DNA of 64,000 nt from an uncultured delta proteobacterium (GCA_963743525.1 CAVUQH010000003.1:1056001-1120000); one strand, 5' to 3'. Counted from the first letter of the stretch, positions 1 through 12,657 are shown. Notes: generated from the sequence alone by a model not told the origin. Numbers and translations: made by a program.

Positions 1-245
1 CGGCCGGGCCCTGGCCCTGCTGCGCCAGCGGCAGCTACGTGGTGCCCCAGGACGTCTTCGACGTGGCCCCCGACGTGCTCCGCCACCGCCTGGTGCTGTC
101 CTACGAGGCGCTCGCCCAGGGCGTCGAGGTCGACCACGTCCTGGCCCGGCTGCTGTCCACGGTGCCGGCGCCCCACGTGGCCGGCTCCAGCCGCGCCATC
201 GCGGCGTCGGGCCACCGACGCGCCAGGCCGCGGGGCTCGACGGCG
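1..245 (+). CDS. moxR: MoxR-family AAA+ ATPase, C-terminal fragment (5' truncated by window)
   Basis: [30 protein letters not shown] matches the MoxR C-terminal lid; followed by DUF58 and VWA genes. End approximate because of frameshifts. Confidence 0.85.
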
Positions 246-1187
246 TGCCGGCTCCGCCGGCATCGCCGGCGCGGTCGACGCCGCGGCCGCCGAGGTCGCT
301 GCGCCGGCTCGAGCTGACGGTCACCCGCCGGCTCGACGGCCTGCTGCACGGCGACTACCGCGGCCTCGTCCCCGGGCACGGCTCCGAGCCGGGCGAGACC
401 CGCCCCTACGTCCCCGGCGACGACGTCCGCCGCATCGACTGGAACGTATCGGCCCGCTCGATCGAGACCCACGTCCGCGAGACCGATCGCCGACCGCGAG
501 CTCGAGACCTGGATCCTCGTCGACCGCTCCGCCAGCCTCGACTTCGGCACCGCCGGCCGCGACGAAGGCCGACCTGGCCGTCTCCGCCGTCGGCGCCGTC
601 GGCTTCCTCACCGCCCGGGCCGGCAACCGCCTCGGCGCGGTCGTCGTCGGCGGCCGACGGCGTCGCGGATCGTGCCGGCCCGGCCCGGGCCGCGACCACC
701 TGCTGGCGCTGCTCCACTCGCTGCTGACGGCAGCCGCCGGCCGACGGCCGGCACCGGCGACGGGACCACCGACCTGGGCGCCGCCCTGCGCCACCTGGTC
801 GTGCCGCCCGCCGGCGGGGCCTGGTCGTCGTCGTCTCCGACTTCCTCGCCGACCGACGGCTGGGAGCAGGCCGCTGCGCGCCCTGTCGCACGCGCCACGA
901 GGTGGTCGCGCATCGAGATCGTCGATCCCCGCGAGCTCGAGCTGCCCGCCGGTCGGCATGCTCGACGGTCGTCGACCCCGAGACCGGACGCACCCGCGAG
1001 GTGCCGACCAACCGGCGGACCCGCGCAGCGCTACGCCGAGGCGGCGGCCGCGCAGCGCAGCGCCATCGCCGCACGAGCTCCGCCGGGCCGGCGCCGACCA
1101 CCTGCAGCTGCGCACCGACCGCGACTGGGTGCTCGACGTCGCCCGGTTCGTCGACCGCCGGCGTGCGGTCTGGAGGCGTCCCGATGA
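245..1187 (+). CDS. DUF58 domain protein (frameshifted)
   Basis: [54 protein letters not shown]-terminal [10 protein letters not shown]; typical MoxR partner. Confidence 0.85.
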
Positions 1188-2165
1188 GCTGCGGCCTGGC
1201 CCGACGGCTTCCTGTCCGCCGACCCGCCTGTACGGCCTGCTCGCCGTGCTGGCGCTGGCCTTCGCGTACGTGGCACTCGGCCTTCCAGCGCCACCGCCTA
1301 CACCGTGCGGTTCACCAACCTCGACCTGCTCGACTCGGTGGCGCCGCGTCGCCCGGGCTGGCGCCGCCACGTCGCCGCCGTCGTCTTCCTGCTGGGCCTC
1401 GGCGTCGATGCTCGTCGCCTGGGCCCGCCCGCCGATCGAGGTCCAGGTGCCCAAGGAGCGGGCCACGGTCGTGCTCGCCATCGACACGTCGCTGTCGATG
1501 GAGGCCACCGACGTGGCCCCCAGCCGGATCGAGGCGGCCAAGCAGCGCGGCGCTGTCGTTCGTCGACGGGCTCCCCGAGCCGATCAACGTCGGTCTGGTG
1601 ACCTTCGACGGCGTCGCCCGGGTGCGGGTGACGCCCACCACCGACCGGCGACGGTCCGCTCGGCCATCCAGATCCATCGAGCTCGGGCCGGCCACCGCCA
1701 TCGGCGAGGCCATCTTCGCCGGCCTCGACGCCATCAAGACCGCGCCGGTGGCCGACGCCGAGGCGACGAGCCCGTGCCCGGCCCGCATGGTGGTGATGAC
1801 CGACGGCAAGACCACCGTGGGCCGGCCCGACGTCGACGGCGCCGACAGCGGCCATGGAGGCCGACGTGCCCGTGTCGACCATCGCCTTCGGCACCGACCG
1901 CGGCACCATCGTGATCGACGGCGAGATCCAGCCCGTGCCCGTCGAGGAGTCCGCGCTGCGGCTCATCGCCGAGCAGACCGGGGGCCAGTTCTTCCGGGCC
2001 GCAGTCGCTCGGCGAGCTCGAGAGCGTGTACGCCGACATCGGCTCGTCGGTCGGCTACGACACCGAGGAGCCGCGAGGTCACCGACCGCTTCGTCGGCTA
2101 CGCCGCCGTGGCCCTGCTCGTCAGCACCGCTCCTGTCGCTGCTGTGGTTCCAACGCATCCCCTGA
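1184..2165 (+). CDS. VWA domain membrane protein (Rv1481/BatA-like; frameshifted)
   Basis: [15 protein letters not shown] motif [30 protein letters not shown]-terminal TM ending [10 protein letters not shown]. Confidence 0.85.
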
Positions 2166-2557
2166 TCCGGCTGCTCGCCGCGCTCGTTCTGGTCGCCGTC
2201 GTGGCGGCCGGCTGCGGCGGCGACGATGGCGGCGACGTCACCGCGTTCTGCGCTGCCATGGACGACCTCCGCACCGCCGACCCGTTCGGCGACCTCGCCG
2301 TCGCCTCGCCCGAGGACATGCGCGACGCCTTCGGCGAGCTGGCCGACTCGGCGAAGCAGGTGACCGACGCCGCACCCCCCGACGCCAAGGTCCAGGCCGA
2401 CCGTTACGCGGCGGCCATCGAGGCCCTTCGGGGCGAACTGGCCGGCGCCGGCTACGACCCGACCCAGCTCGACTCGCTGCGCTACCGGCAGGCCACCGAC
2501 GAGTACACGGCGGCCGCGGTGTCGCTGGACAACGCCGGCGCCAGCGTCTGCTCCTGA
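2162..2557 (+). CDS. Putative lipoprotein
   Basis: Hydrophobic signal with lipobox-like VAAGC, then an acidic helical region with two further Cys. Start uncertain. Confidence 0.6.
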   Translation: MIRLLAALVLVAVVAAGCGGDDGGDVTAFCAAMDDLRTADPFGDLAVASPEDMRDAFGELADSAKQVTDAAPPDAKVQADRYAAAIEALRGELAGAGYDPTQLDSLRYRQATDEYTAAAVSLDNAGASVCS

Positions 2558-2607
2558 CGGTTCGTCCCTGAGCGATCCCAGCCGGGGCGCCGGTAGGGTC
2601 GGAAGCG

Positions 2608-4009
2608 ATGAGCATCGACGAACGCACCGACCTCGAATCGATCCCTGGGACCGTCGCCGCCATCCGGCACGCCTTCGGCACGGGCCGCACACGCCCGCTC
2701 GAGTGGCGCCTGCGCCAGCTCGACGGCCTGCTGCGCGTCCTCGACGAGGGCGGCGACGACCTGGTGGCCGCCATGCAGGAGGACTTCGGCAAGCCCGAGG
2801 TCGAGGCCTACTCCACCGACATCGCGTTCACCGCCACCGAGGTGGAGTACCTGCGCAAGCACGTGGACGGCTGGATGAAGCCCCAGAAGGCCAAGCTGTC
2901 GCTCAAGGAGAAGCCCGGTTCGGCCCGCATCCAGGCCGAGCCGCTCGGCGTCGCGCTGGTGATCGCGCCGTGGAACTACCCGGTGCAGCTGCTGGTCTCG
3001 CCGATGGCCGCCGCCTTCGCCGCCGGCAACGCCGTGGTCGCCAAGCCGTCCGAGCTGGCGCCCAAGACGTCCCGGGTGCTCGCCGAGCTGCTGCGGGCCT
3101 ACCTCGATCCCGAGGCGTTCGCCGTGTTCGAGGGCGGTGTCGACGTCTCCACCGAAGCTCCTCGAGCAGCGCTGGGACCACATCTTCTTCACCGGCTCCA
3201 CCGCGGTGGGCAAGGTCGTGGCCAAGGCGGCGGCCGAGCACCTCACGCCCACGGTCCTCGAGCTCGGCGGCAAGTCGCCCGCCATCGTGACGCCCGAGGC
3301 CGACATCAAGGTCGCCGCTCACCGCCTGGCGTGGGGCAAGTTCCTCAACGCCGGCCAGACCTGCATCGCCCCCGACTACGTGCTGGTCGACCGGGCGCGC
3401 AAGGACGAGCTGGTCGACGCCCTCGTCGGCGCCATCGGCGAGTTCTACGGCGACGACCCGGGCAACTCGCCCGACTTCACCCAGATGGTCAACGAACGTC
3501 ACCTGCAGCGGTTGCAGGGCCTGCTCGACTCCCACGGCGGCACCGTGGCCACGGGCGGCACCGTCGATTCCGCCACCCGTCGCATCGCACCCACGGTCAT
3601 CGTCGATCCCGACCCCGACGCCCCGGTGATGCAGGAGGAGATCTTCGGACCCGTCCTTCCCGTGCTCGCCGTCGACAGCGTCGAAGAGGCGGTGGCCTTC
3701 GTGAACGGCCGGCCCAAGCCGCTGGCCCTCTACGTGTTCTCGGGCGACAAGTCCGAGACCGAGACCATCGTCGAGCGGACGTCATCGGGCGGCGTGTGCG
3801 TCAACCACACGCTGTTCCACATCACCCCGCCCACCATGCCCTTCGGTGGCGTGGGCGACTCGGGCATGGGCCGCTACCACGGCCGCTCCGGCTTCGAGGA
3901 GTTCTCCAACATGAAGCCGATCATGGCCAAGCCCACCAAGCCCGACATCAGCTTCATCTACCCGCCCTACACCAAGCTGAAGGGCAAGCTTCTCAAGAAG
4001 CTCCTCTAG
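2608..4009 (+). CDS. NAD(P)-dependent aldehyde dehydrogenase (ALDH3/CalB-like; one frameshift near 3155)
   Basis: PWNYP, FFTGST, LELGGKSP, NAGQTCIAPDY (catalytic Cys), EEIFGP, PFGGVGDSGMG. Confidence 0.95.
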
Positions 4010-5550
4010 CGACGCAGCTCGTTCACCCGCCCGCAGCGGCCACCACGGATCTCGTCGACCTGCTCGAAGGAGGGCAGGTCGAGGACCGTGGCCCGGCCGC
4101 CGTCGGCGTAGGGCGCGAACTGCTCGCCGGGGTCGCCGGTGGCGGCGAACGAGGTCCACGCCGCCTGGATCCGGTCCGACAGCTCCCTGGTCTGCGCGGT
4201 CGGCTCGGTGTCGAGCGCCAGGCCTTCGGGGTGGTCGAAGAGGAAGGCGATCTCCGAACCGTGCGTGGCACCGAGCCCGAAGGGGTTCTGCTCGGAGACG
4301 TAGACGAAGTTGTAGAGGTAGGCGTCGGGTGCGGTTTCGGCGAACGCCACCGACGGGCAGGCGAACACGCTGTCGGTGAACATCGCCTGGTACCGGGCCT
4401 TGTTCGAGTCGTACTCGTCCGCCGGGTACAGCGCGACCAGCGCCTGCGGGTCGTCGGTGTAGGCCCGCGCCATGTCGAGCAGTTGCGCATCGGTGGGCTC
4501 CTGGAGCGACAGCGTGAACAGCGTCGCTTCGTCGGCGTTCGACCCGATGAGCACGGGGATGTCGTCGAGTGCGCCGGTCTGCGCTTGCTCGTGTGCCGGG
4601 GTCGAAAGCGTCACGCCGTCGGCGACCAGCGACGGGTTGAAGCCGCTGACCGCGAGCAGCTCGTCGTCGGACGCGGCACGCAGGCACGCCACGTCCGAGC
4701 AGCCGAGCTGGTCCAGGAAGCGCTGGCCGGCGGCGAGCGCGTCGTCGAGCGACGTCAGCGACAGGCAGCCACCACCACTCTGGATGACGGCCTTGGCGAA
4801 CAGGCCCCGCGAGCCGGCGAGGTGCCCGCACACCGAGAACCCACCGGCCGACTCGCCGAAGATGGTGACGTTCGACGGGTCGCCGCCGAACGCCTCGATG
4901 TTGTCCTGCACCCAGCGCAGCGCCAGCTGCTGGTCGAGGAAGCCGTAGTTGCCCACGGCGCCGTCGGCGCTCTCGTCGCGCAGCGCATCGGTGGCGAGGA
5001 AGCCCTGCGGGCCCAGGCGGTAGTTCACGCCGACGACGGTCACGCCCTCGGCGGCCAGGTCGTCGCCGTTGTAGTACGGGTTGTGGGCCGACCCGGTGGA
5101 GAACCCACCGCCGTGGATCCAGACCATCACCGGCAGATCGCCGGCGGTGTCCGGCGACCACACGTCGAGGTCCAGGCAGTCGGGATCGGGGTCGGGGCTC
5201 TTCACGAACTGGGCGGTGACGCCTTCGGTGGTCTGGGGGCAAGCCGGGCCGCCCTGGGTGGCGTCGAGCACGTCGGTCCAGGGCTGGCGGGGCTCGGGCG
5301 CCCGCCAGGCGAGGTCGCCGACCGGCGCTTCGGCGTAGGGGATGGCCAGGAAGTTGCGCACACCGTCGACGGCGCTGGGACCGCCCCGCACGGGGCCGGC
5401 CGTGGTGTCGATCAGGTAGGGATCGGCCGGCTTCGTCGTGGTCGTGCTGGTCGGCTGCTCGCTGGTCGAGGTCGTGGTGTCGCTGGCCGAGTCGTCGTCG
5501 CCCGAGCACGCCGCGGCGACGATGGCGAGGACCGCCGCCAGCGCCAGCAT
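4006..5550 (-). CDS. Secreted/lipoprotein type-B carboxylesterase
   Basis: Lipobox AAAC, Thr/Ser linker, WIHGGGF, NYRLG, FGGDPSNVTIFGESAGG, ATHGSEI; intact 514 aa ORF. Confidence 0.93.
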   Translation of the reverse strand: MLALAAVLAIVAAACSGDDDSASDTTTSTSEQPTSTTTTKPADPYLIDTTAGPVRGGPSAVDGVRNFLAIPYAEAPVGDLAWRAPEPRQPWTDVLDATQGGPACPQTTEGVTAQFVKSPDPDPDCLDLDVWSPDTAGDLPVMVWIHGGGFSTGSAHNPYYNGDDLAAEGVTVVGVNYRLGPQGFLATDALRDESADGAVGNYGFLDQQLALRWVQDNIEAFGGDPSNVTIFGESAGGFSVCGHLAGSRGLFAKAVIQSGGGCLSLTSLDDALAAGQRFLDQLGCSDVACLRAASDDELLAVSGFNPSLVADGVTLSTPAHEQAQTGALDDIPVLIGSNADEATLFTLSLQEPTDAQLLDMARAYTDDPQALVALYPADEYDSNKARYQAMFTDSVFACPSVAFAETAPDAYLYNFVYVSEQNPFGLGATHGSEIAFLFDHPEGLALDTEPTAQTRELSDRIQAAWTSFAATGDPGEQFAPYADGGRATVLDLPSFEQVDEIRGGRCGRVNELRR

Positions 5551-5609
5551 CGTCGTGGTACGCAGCGGCTGCCAGAACGGTTCGAGGGCGAGTCACGCCC
5601 GCCGGTGTA

Positions 5610-8600
5610 TCACGCAACGTCGGCGTGTTTGGCCGCGCCCTTCTCGGAGACGACCTTCGACGAACCGCCGGGCGACATGGTGACGCCGTAGAGCACGTCG
5701 GCGGCCTCCATGGTGCGCTTCTGGTGGCTGACGATGACCAGCTGGGCCTCCTGGCGGAACTCGGCGACCAGGTCGAGGAACCGGTGCAGGTTCACGTCGT
5801 CGAGGGCGGCCTCGACCTCGTCCATCACGTAGAAGGGCGACGGGCCGGCTGCGGAACACGGCGAAGAGGAACGCCAGCGCGGTGAGCGACCGCTCGCCGC
5901 CCGAGAGCAGCGACAGCTTGCGCACGTTCTTGCCCGACGGCTTGGCCTCGACCTCGATGCCGGTCTCGAGCAGGTCGTCGGGGTCGGTGAGCCGGAGCCG
6001 CCGCTGACCGCCGGGGAACAGGGTGCTGAACAGCTGGCGTGAAGTTCTCGCGACACGTCGGCGAAGGCAGCGGCGAAGACGTTGACGATCTCGTCGTCGA
6101 TGGCCTTGATGACCTTGGCCAGCTCGCGCGCGGCTGGCCTTCACGTCGTCGAGCTGGCTCTGCAGGAACGTGTGGCGCTCCTGGAGCGCCTCGTACTCCT
6201 CGAGGGCCAGCGGGTTGATCGGGCCCATCAGCCGCAGCTCGCGCTCGAGCTCGCGGGCCCGGGCCGCCGGCGACGTCCCCTCGGCGAGCTCGGGGCACTC
6301 GGCGGCGATGGCGGTGTCGGGGTCGACGTCGAGGTCGCGGCGCATGGTCTCGACCGCGGTCTCGATGCGCAGGTTGATCTCGTCTGAGCTCGAGCTCGGC
6401 CCGCTGCAGCGCGCTCGCGCACCTCGTCGAGCTGCTTCTCGGCCTCGCATGCGCTCGCGGCGCAGGCCGTCGAGCGCGGTGGCGACGCCGGCGCTGGGCC
6501 TCGGACTGCGTCTGGCGCTCCTCGCGCAGCACGACCAGACGCTCCTCGATCGACGCCGGGCGCATCGACGACGCACGCCGCGGCCAGCGCGGTCAGACGG
6601 CGCGGCGCGGCCGTCGAGGGCCTCGACGCCGGCGCTGGCGGCCTCGGCGCGCGGCTTCCTGGTTGCGCGGCGAGGCGGGCATCGACCTCGGCCAGGCGGG
6701 CGCTGCAGGAACGTGCGGCGCTCGTCGATCTGGCGCGACGCGAACCTCGAGGTCGGAGCGCAGCGCGGCCGACCGCCGCCGCCCGCTCGTCGAGCGCGGC
6801 GCGGGCGTCGGCCATGGCCCGGGCGGCTTCGGCGGCAGCGGCTTCCTCGGCCTCGAGCGCCGGCAGCATCGGCCTCGAGCTCGGCGATGCGCGCGCCGCT
6901 CGGTGCGGCGAGCGCTCCTCGATCTCGGACCGAACGCCGGACTGGTCGCTCGAGCTCGTCGGCGGCCTCGGCGGCCTGCTGCTCGACCCGGCCCAGGCGG
7001 TCGGCCGCCCGGCGACGGTGGCAGCGGTCCGCTCGGCCGCCTGCCGGGCCTCGACTGCGGCTCGCTTGATCTCGGCGAAGCGCTCGCTTGGCGTCGTCGC
7101 GGCGCCCGGCGACGTCGGCCACCGCGGCTTCGGCGGTCTCGACCCGGGCGTGGGCCTCGTCGAGCGCGGCGCCGGTGGCACCGGTGGCCGACGCCGCCGA
7201 CGCGCCAGACCGCCGGGCCGAAGCGGGCGCCGTCGGCGGTGACGACCACCGCGTCGGGGTGGGCGAGGGCCACGTCGACGGCCGGCGGACCAGTCGCCGT
7301 CGATGCGCACGGCACGCGCCGACGAGCCGCGTCGAGCAGGTCGGCTCGACCCCGGGGCGGGTCGACCGGACGTGGGCGCGGACCGGCTCACCGACGGGCG
7401 GCGGCACTGGCCGACGACCGGCCGCACGCCGAGGGCGAGCACGGCGCCGCTGGCGTCGCCGGCGCTGAGGGCGGCCAGGGCGGCGCGGGCGGCGTCGGCG
7501 CCAGTCGACCACCACCGCGCCGAGGGCCTCGGCGGCGGCGGCCTCGAACGCCGGCCTCCCAGCCCGGGTCGACCTCGACGAGGTCGAGCAGCGTGCCGAC
7601 GACGCCGTCGACCTCGGCCAGCCGCTCGGCCCCGGCGCGCGGCCCGGGCCTGCGTCGAGGGCCAGGCTCGAGGGCGTCGGCGCGGGCGATCCAGCGAGCG
7701 GCGCTCGCCATCGGCCTCGGCGGGCGCGTCGGCGGCGGCCTCGACCGCCTGCTCGGCCGCGGCCCTGCTCGGCGGCGCGACGATCGCGCTCGGCCTCGAG
7801 CCCGGGCAGGCGGCTGCTCGGCGTCGGTCAGCTCGGCCCGCAGGCGGTCGGCCTCGGCCACCAGGCGGTCACGCTTGTCGACCAGGGCAGCGGTGCGGGC
7901 CATCGGTGCGCTCGAGCTCGGCTCGCGCCCGCGCGACGGCCTGGCGCAGCGCCGCCAGCTCGCCACGCACCTCGGCGGCCTCGCCCGACGGCGCGGCGAC
8001 GCCGTCGCCCCAGCGCTCCTCGAAGGCGGCCCGCGCATCGGCGAGACCGCGCTCGGCCCGCTCGACCTCGCTCGGCCTCGGGGACGAGCGAGGGCCGCGG
8101 CGTCGTCGATCGCGTCGTCGAGCTCGGCGCGCAGGCGGGCCTGCCTCGGCCTCGAGCGAGGCGATGACGCGCGGCGTCGACGCTGGACTCGCGCTCCTTG
8201 GCCAGGCTGCGCTGGCGCTCGGCGAGCACGGCGGCCAGGCCGCGCGCCCGCTCGCGCAGGGCCTCGAAGCGGGTGAGCTCGTCGCCGAGGTCGGCGCCGC
8301 CCATGGCGTTGAGCTCGGCCTCGGCGGCCACGCACGGCGGCGTCGAGCTCGGCGAGGCGCGGCCGCAGGGCCTCGCTCGGTGTCGACGCTGGCCGACGCG
8401 GTCGCGGGTGGTGTTGTCGAGACGGGTGCGCAGCTGGGCGCAGCTCGCGACCGGCGAGGAACCGCCGCAGGGCGCTGAGCTCGGCGACGAGCGACGCCGT
8501 GGCGGCGGGCGGCGTCGGCCTGGCGCTCGAGCGGGCGCAGCTGGCGGCGGACCTCGCGCAGCAGGTCCTGGACGCGGGTGAGGTTGGCCTCGGTGGCGGC

Positions 8601-9145
8601 CAGGCGGCGCTCGGCCTTCTCCTTGCGCTTGCGGTACTTGAGGACGCCGGCGGCCTCCTCGATGATCAGGCGCCGCTCGGTCGGGCTTGGCGTTGAGGAC
8701 GGCGTCGATCTGGCCCTGGCTGATGATGACGTGCTGCTGGCGCCCGACGCCGGAGTCGGACAGCAGCTCCTGGATGTCGAGCAGCCGGCAGGGCACGCCG
8801 TTGATGGCGTACTCGCTGTCGCCGGTGCGGAACAGCGTGCGGGTGATGGTGACCTCGGAGAACTCGATGGGCAGCAGGCCGGCCGAGTTGTCGATGGTGA
8901 GGCTCACCTCGGCCCGACCCAGCGCCGGGCGCTTGGCGGTGCCGGCGAAGATGACGTCGTCCATCTTCTGGGACCGCACCGCGGAGGGCGCCTGGGCGCC
9001 CAGCACCCAGCGCGATGGCGTCGACGACGTTGGACTTGCCCGAGCCGTTGGGCCCGACCACCACGGTGACGCCGGGCTCGAGCCCCAGGTCCGCGGTGTC
9101 GGCGAACGACTTGAAGCCCTTGATGGTCAGGGTCTTGAGGAACAC
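5610..9145 (-). CDS. smc: Chromosome segregation protein SMC (heavily frameshifted)
   Basis: [14 protein letters not shown], Walker [55 protein letters not shown]. Confidence 0.95.
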
Positions 9146-9276
9146 CGCCGCGACGGTAGTGCGCCATGCGCCGCGCATCCCAGGTCGTCCGGCGCACCGC
9201 TCGGAGGGCGCGACCGACCGGCACACGGGACCTGCCGCGGTCGCGTCGCCGGGAGCTGCGACGAGGCGGCGTCAGG

Positions 9277-10117
9277 TCAGGTCTGGCACTCGGCGCAGAA
9301 GTAGGTGTTGCGCGCCGCCGAACTTGGCCTTGGACGACCGTGTCGCGGCAGCGCAGGCACGGCTCGCCGTCGCGGGCGTACACCTTGTGGTACTCGCTGG
9401 TACCCGCCGGCCTCGCCGTGCAGGTCGTGCCAGCCGTCGTCGGACAGCGTGGTGCCGCCGTGCTTGATGGCGTCGTGGAGGATCTCGACCACGCTGCGGT
9501 ACAGGCGGCGGACCTCCTGGACCGAGAGCGTGTCGGTCATCCGGTCGTAGCGCAGGCCGGCGTCGTAGAGGATCTCGTCGGAGTACACGTTGCCGATGCC
9601 GGCGAGGAGGTCCTCGTCGGTCAGCAGCGCCTTGAGCTTCATCGACCGCTGGAGGACCAGCTTGGCGAAGTCGGCCCACGGCACGGGTTGGTCGACCACG
9701 TCGTAGCCGAGCAGCTCGATCTCGTCGACGCCCTCGGCCACCTGCTCGGGGGTGAGGACCCACATCTCGCCCGTGTGCCGGGGGTCGACGAACCGGAGCT
9801 GGCCGCCCTGGGTGAAGGTGATCACCACGTTGGTGCCGTCTTCGAGGTCGTCCTTGCTGGCCGTCTTGCGCAGCTGGCCGCCGCTGACCGAGCGGATGAT
9901 GAACCGGTCGTCGGTGTCGAGCGTGAAGATCAGGAAGGTGCCGCGGCGGATCGAGCGACTTGAGCTTGGCCCCGTCGAGCATGCCGGCGAACTGCTTCTT
10001 CGAGCTGTGCCGCTGGATCGACTTGGTGTCGTGGACCTCGACGGACTTGACCTTGCGGCCCACGACCTCACGCTCGAGCTGACGTCGGATCGTCTCGACC
10101 TCGGGCAGCTCAGCCAT
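9277..10117 (-). CDS. mutM: Fpg/MutM-family DNA glycosylase with atypical N-terminus
   Basis: [10 protein letters not shown]2TH motif [13 protein letters not shown], zinc finger CLRC...YFCAECQ; lies between rnc and smc. Confidence 0.88.
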
Positions 10118-10889
10118 CGTGTCGGCTCCTCCCTCGGCCGGCGGCCAGGCGGTCGGCGCCATCGTCGCCGAGCAGTTCGAGCGCGGCACGCGGCCGCCTG
10201 CTGCTCGGCTTGCTTCTTCGATCGTCCGACGCCCGACGCCCAGTCGCTTGCCGCCGACGCGCGACGGTCGACGGTGAACTCGCGGGCGTGGTCGGGGCCG
10301 GTGGCGACGAACTCGTAGTCGGCGGTGGCGTCGGTGACGGCGGCCAGCTGCTCCTGGAGACGGCTCTTGTGGTCCTGGTGGCCGCCGCCGACCTCGATGG
10401 CCTGCTGGATGCGGCTCGCCGAGCAGCCGCAGCGACCAGGTCGCGGGCGGCGTCGAGGCCGCCGTCGAGGTAGACGGCGCCGAGCACGGCCTCCATGGCG
10501 TCGGCCAGGATCGACGGCTTCTCCCGGCCGCCCGAGGCCTCCTCGCCCTTGCCGAGGCGCAGGTGCCGGCCCAGGTCGAGCTCCATGGCCACCTCGGCCA
10601 GGCAGACCGAGTTCACCACGGCCTTGCGGACGTCGGTGAGCGCGCCCTCGTCGAGCTCGGGCTCGGCCCGGAACACGTGGTCGGCGACCACGAAGCCGAG
10701 CACCGAGTCGCCCAGGAACTCGAGCCGCTCGTTGGACTCGGTGCCCGGCGTGCTCGGCGCACCAGGAGCGGTGGGCGAACGCCTGGGCCAGCAGCGCCTC
10801 GTCGTGCGGGGCGTACCCGAGCGCGTCGACGAGACGGCGTCGGCCGAGCAGCGTCGGCGCGATGGCCGCCGCTCGGCCGCGGTCGACAC
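10110..10889 (-). CDS. rnc: Ribonuclease III (frameshifted)
   Basis: [39 protein letters not shown], ds[11 protein letters not shown]...GPDHAREF...GRSKKQAEQ. Confidence 0.95.
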   Translation of the reverse strand: MSTAAERRPSRRRCSADAVSSTRSGTPRTTRRCWPRRSPTAPGAPSTPGTESNERLEFLGDSVLGFVVADHVFRAEPELDEGALTDVRKAVVNSVCLAEVAMELDLGRHLRLGKGEEASGGREKPSILADAMEAVLGAVYLDGGLDAARDLVAAAARRAASSRPSRSAAATRTTRAVSRSSWPPSPTPPPTTSSSPPAPTTPASSPSTVARRRQATGRRASDDRRSKPSSRRPRAALELLGDDGADRLAAGRGRSRHDG

Positions 10890-10907
10890 GGCTCCCCGGG
10901 TCCCGCG

Positions 10908-11193
10908 TCAGGCGCGAGACGACGTAGTCGACGGCGTCGCGCACGGTCTTGAGGTCTTCGAGGTCCTCGTCCTCGATGCGGAACCCGACCTGCGCTCGCC
11001 GATCTCCTCCTCGAGGGCCTCGACGAGCTCGATGAGGGCGAGCGAGTCGGCATCGAGGTCGTCGACGAAGCTGTCGCCCTCCTTGATCGACGTCGGGCTC
11101 GATCTCCAGGATGTCGGCGAGGCGGTCCCGGATGAGGGTCAGGACCTCGTCGCGGTCCATCGTGCCGCCTTCCACGTGGGTCTCTGCGGGCAC
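10908..11193 (-). CDS. acpP: Acyl carrier protein
   Basis: Acidic ~90 aa protein with DLDADSLALIELVEALEEE (phosphopantetheine Ser) and IEDEDLEDLKTVRDAVDY; ends approximate. Confidence 0.92.
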
Positions 11194-11336
11194 GTGCGCC
11201 TCCTGGGCTCGTAGCGATCGGTCGCCGTGGCGATCGGCCAGTCGCCGAGATTCGTGCGCGAAAGCCCAGCAAAGTGACCTACGCTGCGTGAGATCAGGCG
11301 TCGGATCGTGCGATCCGGCACGCCGGCGCGCGATGC

Positions 11337-12333
11337 TCAGGCGATGGCGGCGGCGAGGGCGGCGACGACGTCGCCGTCGACCATGTCGCGCGCCACCCGG
11401 ACGGCGTTGACCACCGCGGTCTCGCCCGAGGAGCCGTGGCTGATGATGCAGACGCCGTCGACGCCGAGGAGCATGGCGCCCGCCGGTGTTCTCGGGGTCG
11501 AGCGTGGCGTACAGCGGCAGCAGCTCGGGCATGAGCACGTCGGCGGCGGCCCGGGCCTCGTCGGTGGCGCCGAAGGCCTCGAGCAGCCGGTTGACCAGGG
11601 CCTTCATGCCGCCCTTCGAGCGTCTTGAGGGCCACGTTGCCGGTGAAGCCGTCGGTGACGACCACGTCGACGTCGTCGGTGAGCAGGTCGCGGCCCTCGA
11701 CGTTGCCGATGAAGGTGCCGCCGGCGGCGTCGAGCACGCCGTCGGCGACGAGCAGCGCGTAGGTCTCCTTGCGCAGCGGTGTCGCCCTTGCCGGGCTCCT
11801 CGCCGATCGACAGCAGCCCGACCCGGGGCTGCGTCGATGCCGTAGCGGGCGGTGGCGTAGGCCGCGCCCATCTGGGCGAACTGGACCAGCCACTCGGGCT
11901 GGCACTCGGCGTTGGCGCCGGCGTCGAGCAGCACGGTGTGGCCGCCCGAGGGCACCGGGAGCGGGGTGGCGATGGCCGGGCGCTTCGACGCCCTTGATCC
12001 GCCCCATGCGCAGCAGCGCCGAGGCCATGGTGGCGCCGGTGTTGCCGGCCGAGATCATGGCCGACGCCTTGCCGTCGCGGACCGCCTCGGCGGCCCGGAC
12101 CAGCGTCGAGTCCTTCATCCGGCGCACGCTGGCGCCGGGGTCGGCGTCCATGGCGATGACCTCGGACGCCTCGATCAGCGGCAGGTCGCCGGCGAGGTCG
12201 GCGACGTCGGGCGTGCCGACGAGGACGACTCGACGCCGAGCTCGTCGCGGGCCCGGCGGGCGCCGGCGACGATGTCGGCCGGCGACTTGTCGCCGCCGTT
12301 GGCATCGATCGCGATCGGCAGCACGGACTCCAT
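11337..12333 (-). CDS. plsX: Phosphate acyltransferase PlsX (frameshifted)
   Basis: IAIDANGGD, SAGNTGA, LLDAGANAEC, LLSIGEEPGKG, FIGNVEGRD, VVTDGFTGNVALK, ISHGSS. Confidence 0.95.
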
Positions 12334-12373
12334 GTGCACGGAGTCGAGCCCGGCGAGGACTCGAGCCGAGGGT

Positions 12374-12553
12374 TCAGTCGACATCGACGGCCTGGCGGCC
12401 GTGGTACCAACCGCAGTTGGGGCACACGACGTGGGGCAGCTTGGCGACGCCGCAGCGCGGGCAGAGGCTGCGCGACGGGCGCTCGAGCGTCCAGTTGGCG
12501 GCGCGGCGGCTGCGGCCCTTCGCCTTGGATGTCTTGCGCTTGGGAACGGCCAT
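12374..12553 (-). CDS. rpmF: 50S ribosomal protein L32 (Zn-ribbon type)
   Basis: [18 protein letters not shown]...CPRC...[10 protein letters not shown]. Confidence 0.97.
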   Translation of the reverse strand: MAVPKRKTSKAKGRSRRAANWTLERPSRSLCPRCGVAKLPHVVCPNCGWYHGRQAVDVD

Positions 12554-12657
12554 GACGTGATCAACCTCGGTGCGGTGCCGTGGCGCGGCGGACGGCGGCG
12601 CGTGCGGCGGCACGGTGCCGACCGGGCCCGGCGCGAGGGCGAACCCGTCGCCGCGGC

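Noticed and set aside
2608..5691. 1027-aa ORF
   Set aside because: ALDH N-half that shifts frame and runs antisense through the esterase gene.
9277..11955. 892-aa ORF seemingly fusing plsX, acpP, rnc and fpg pieces
   Set aside because: Patchwork of real and off-frame segments produced by indels in stop-poor high-GC DNA.
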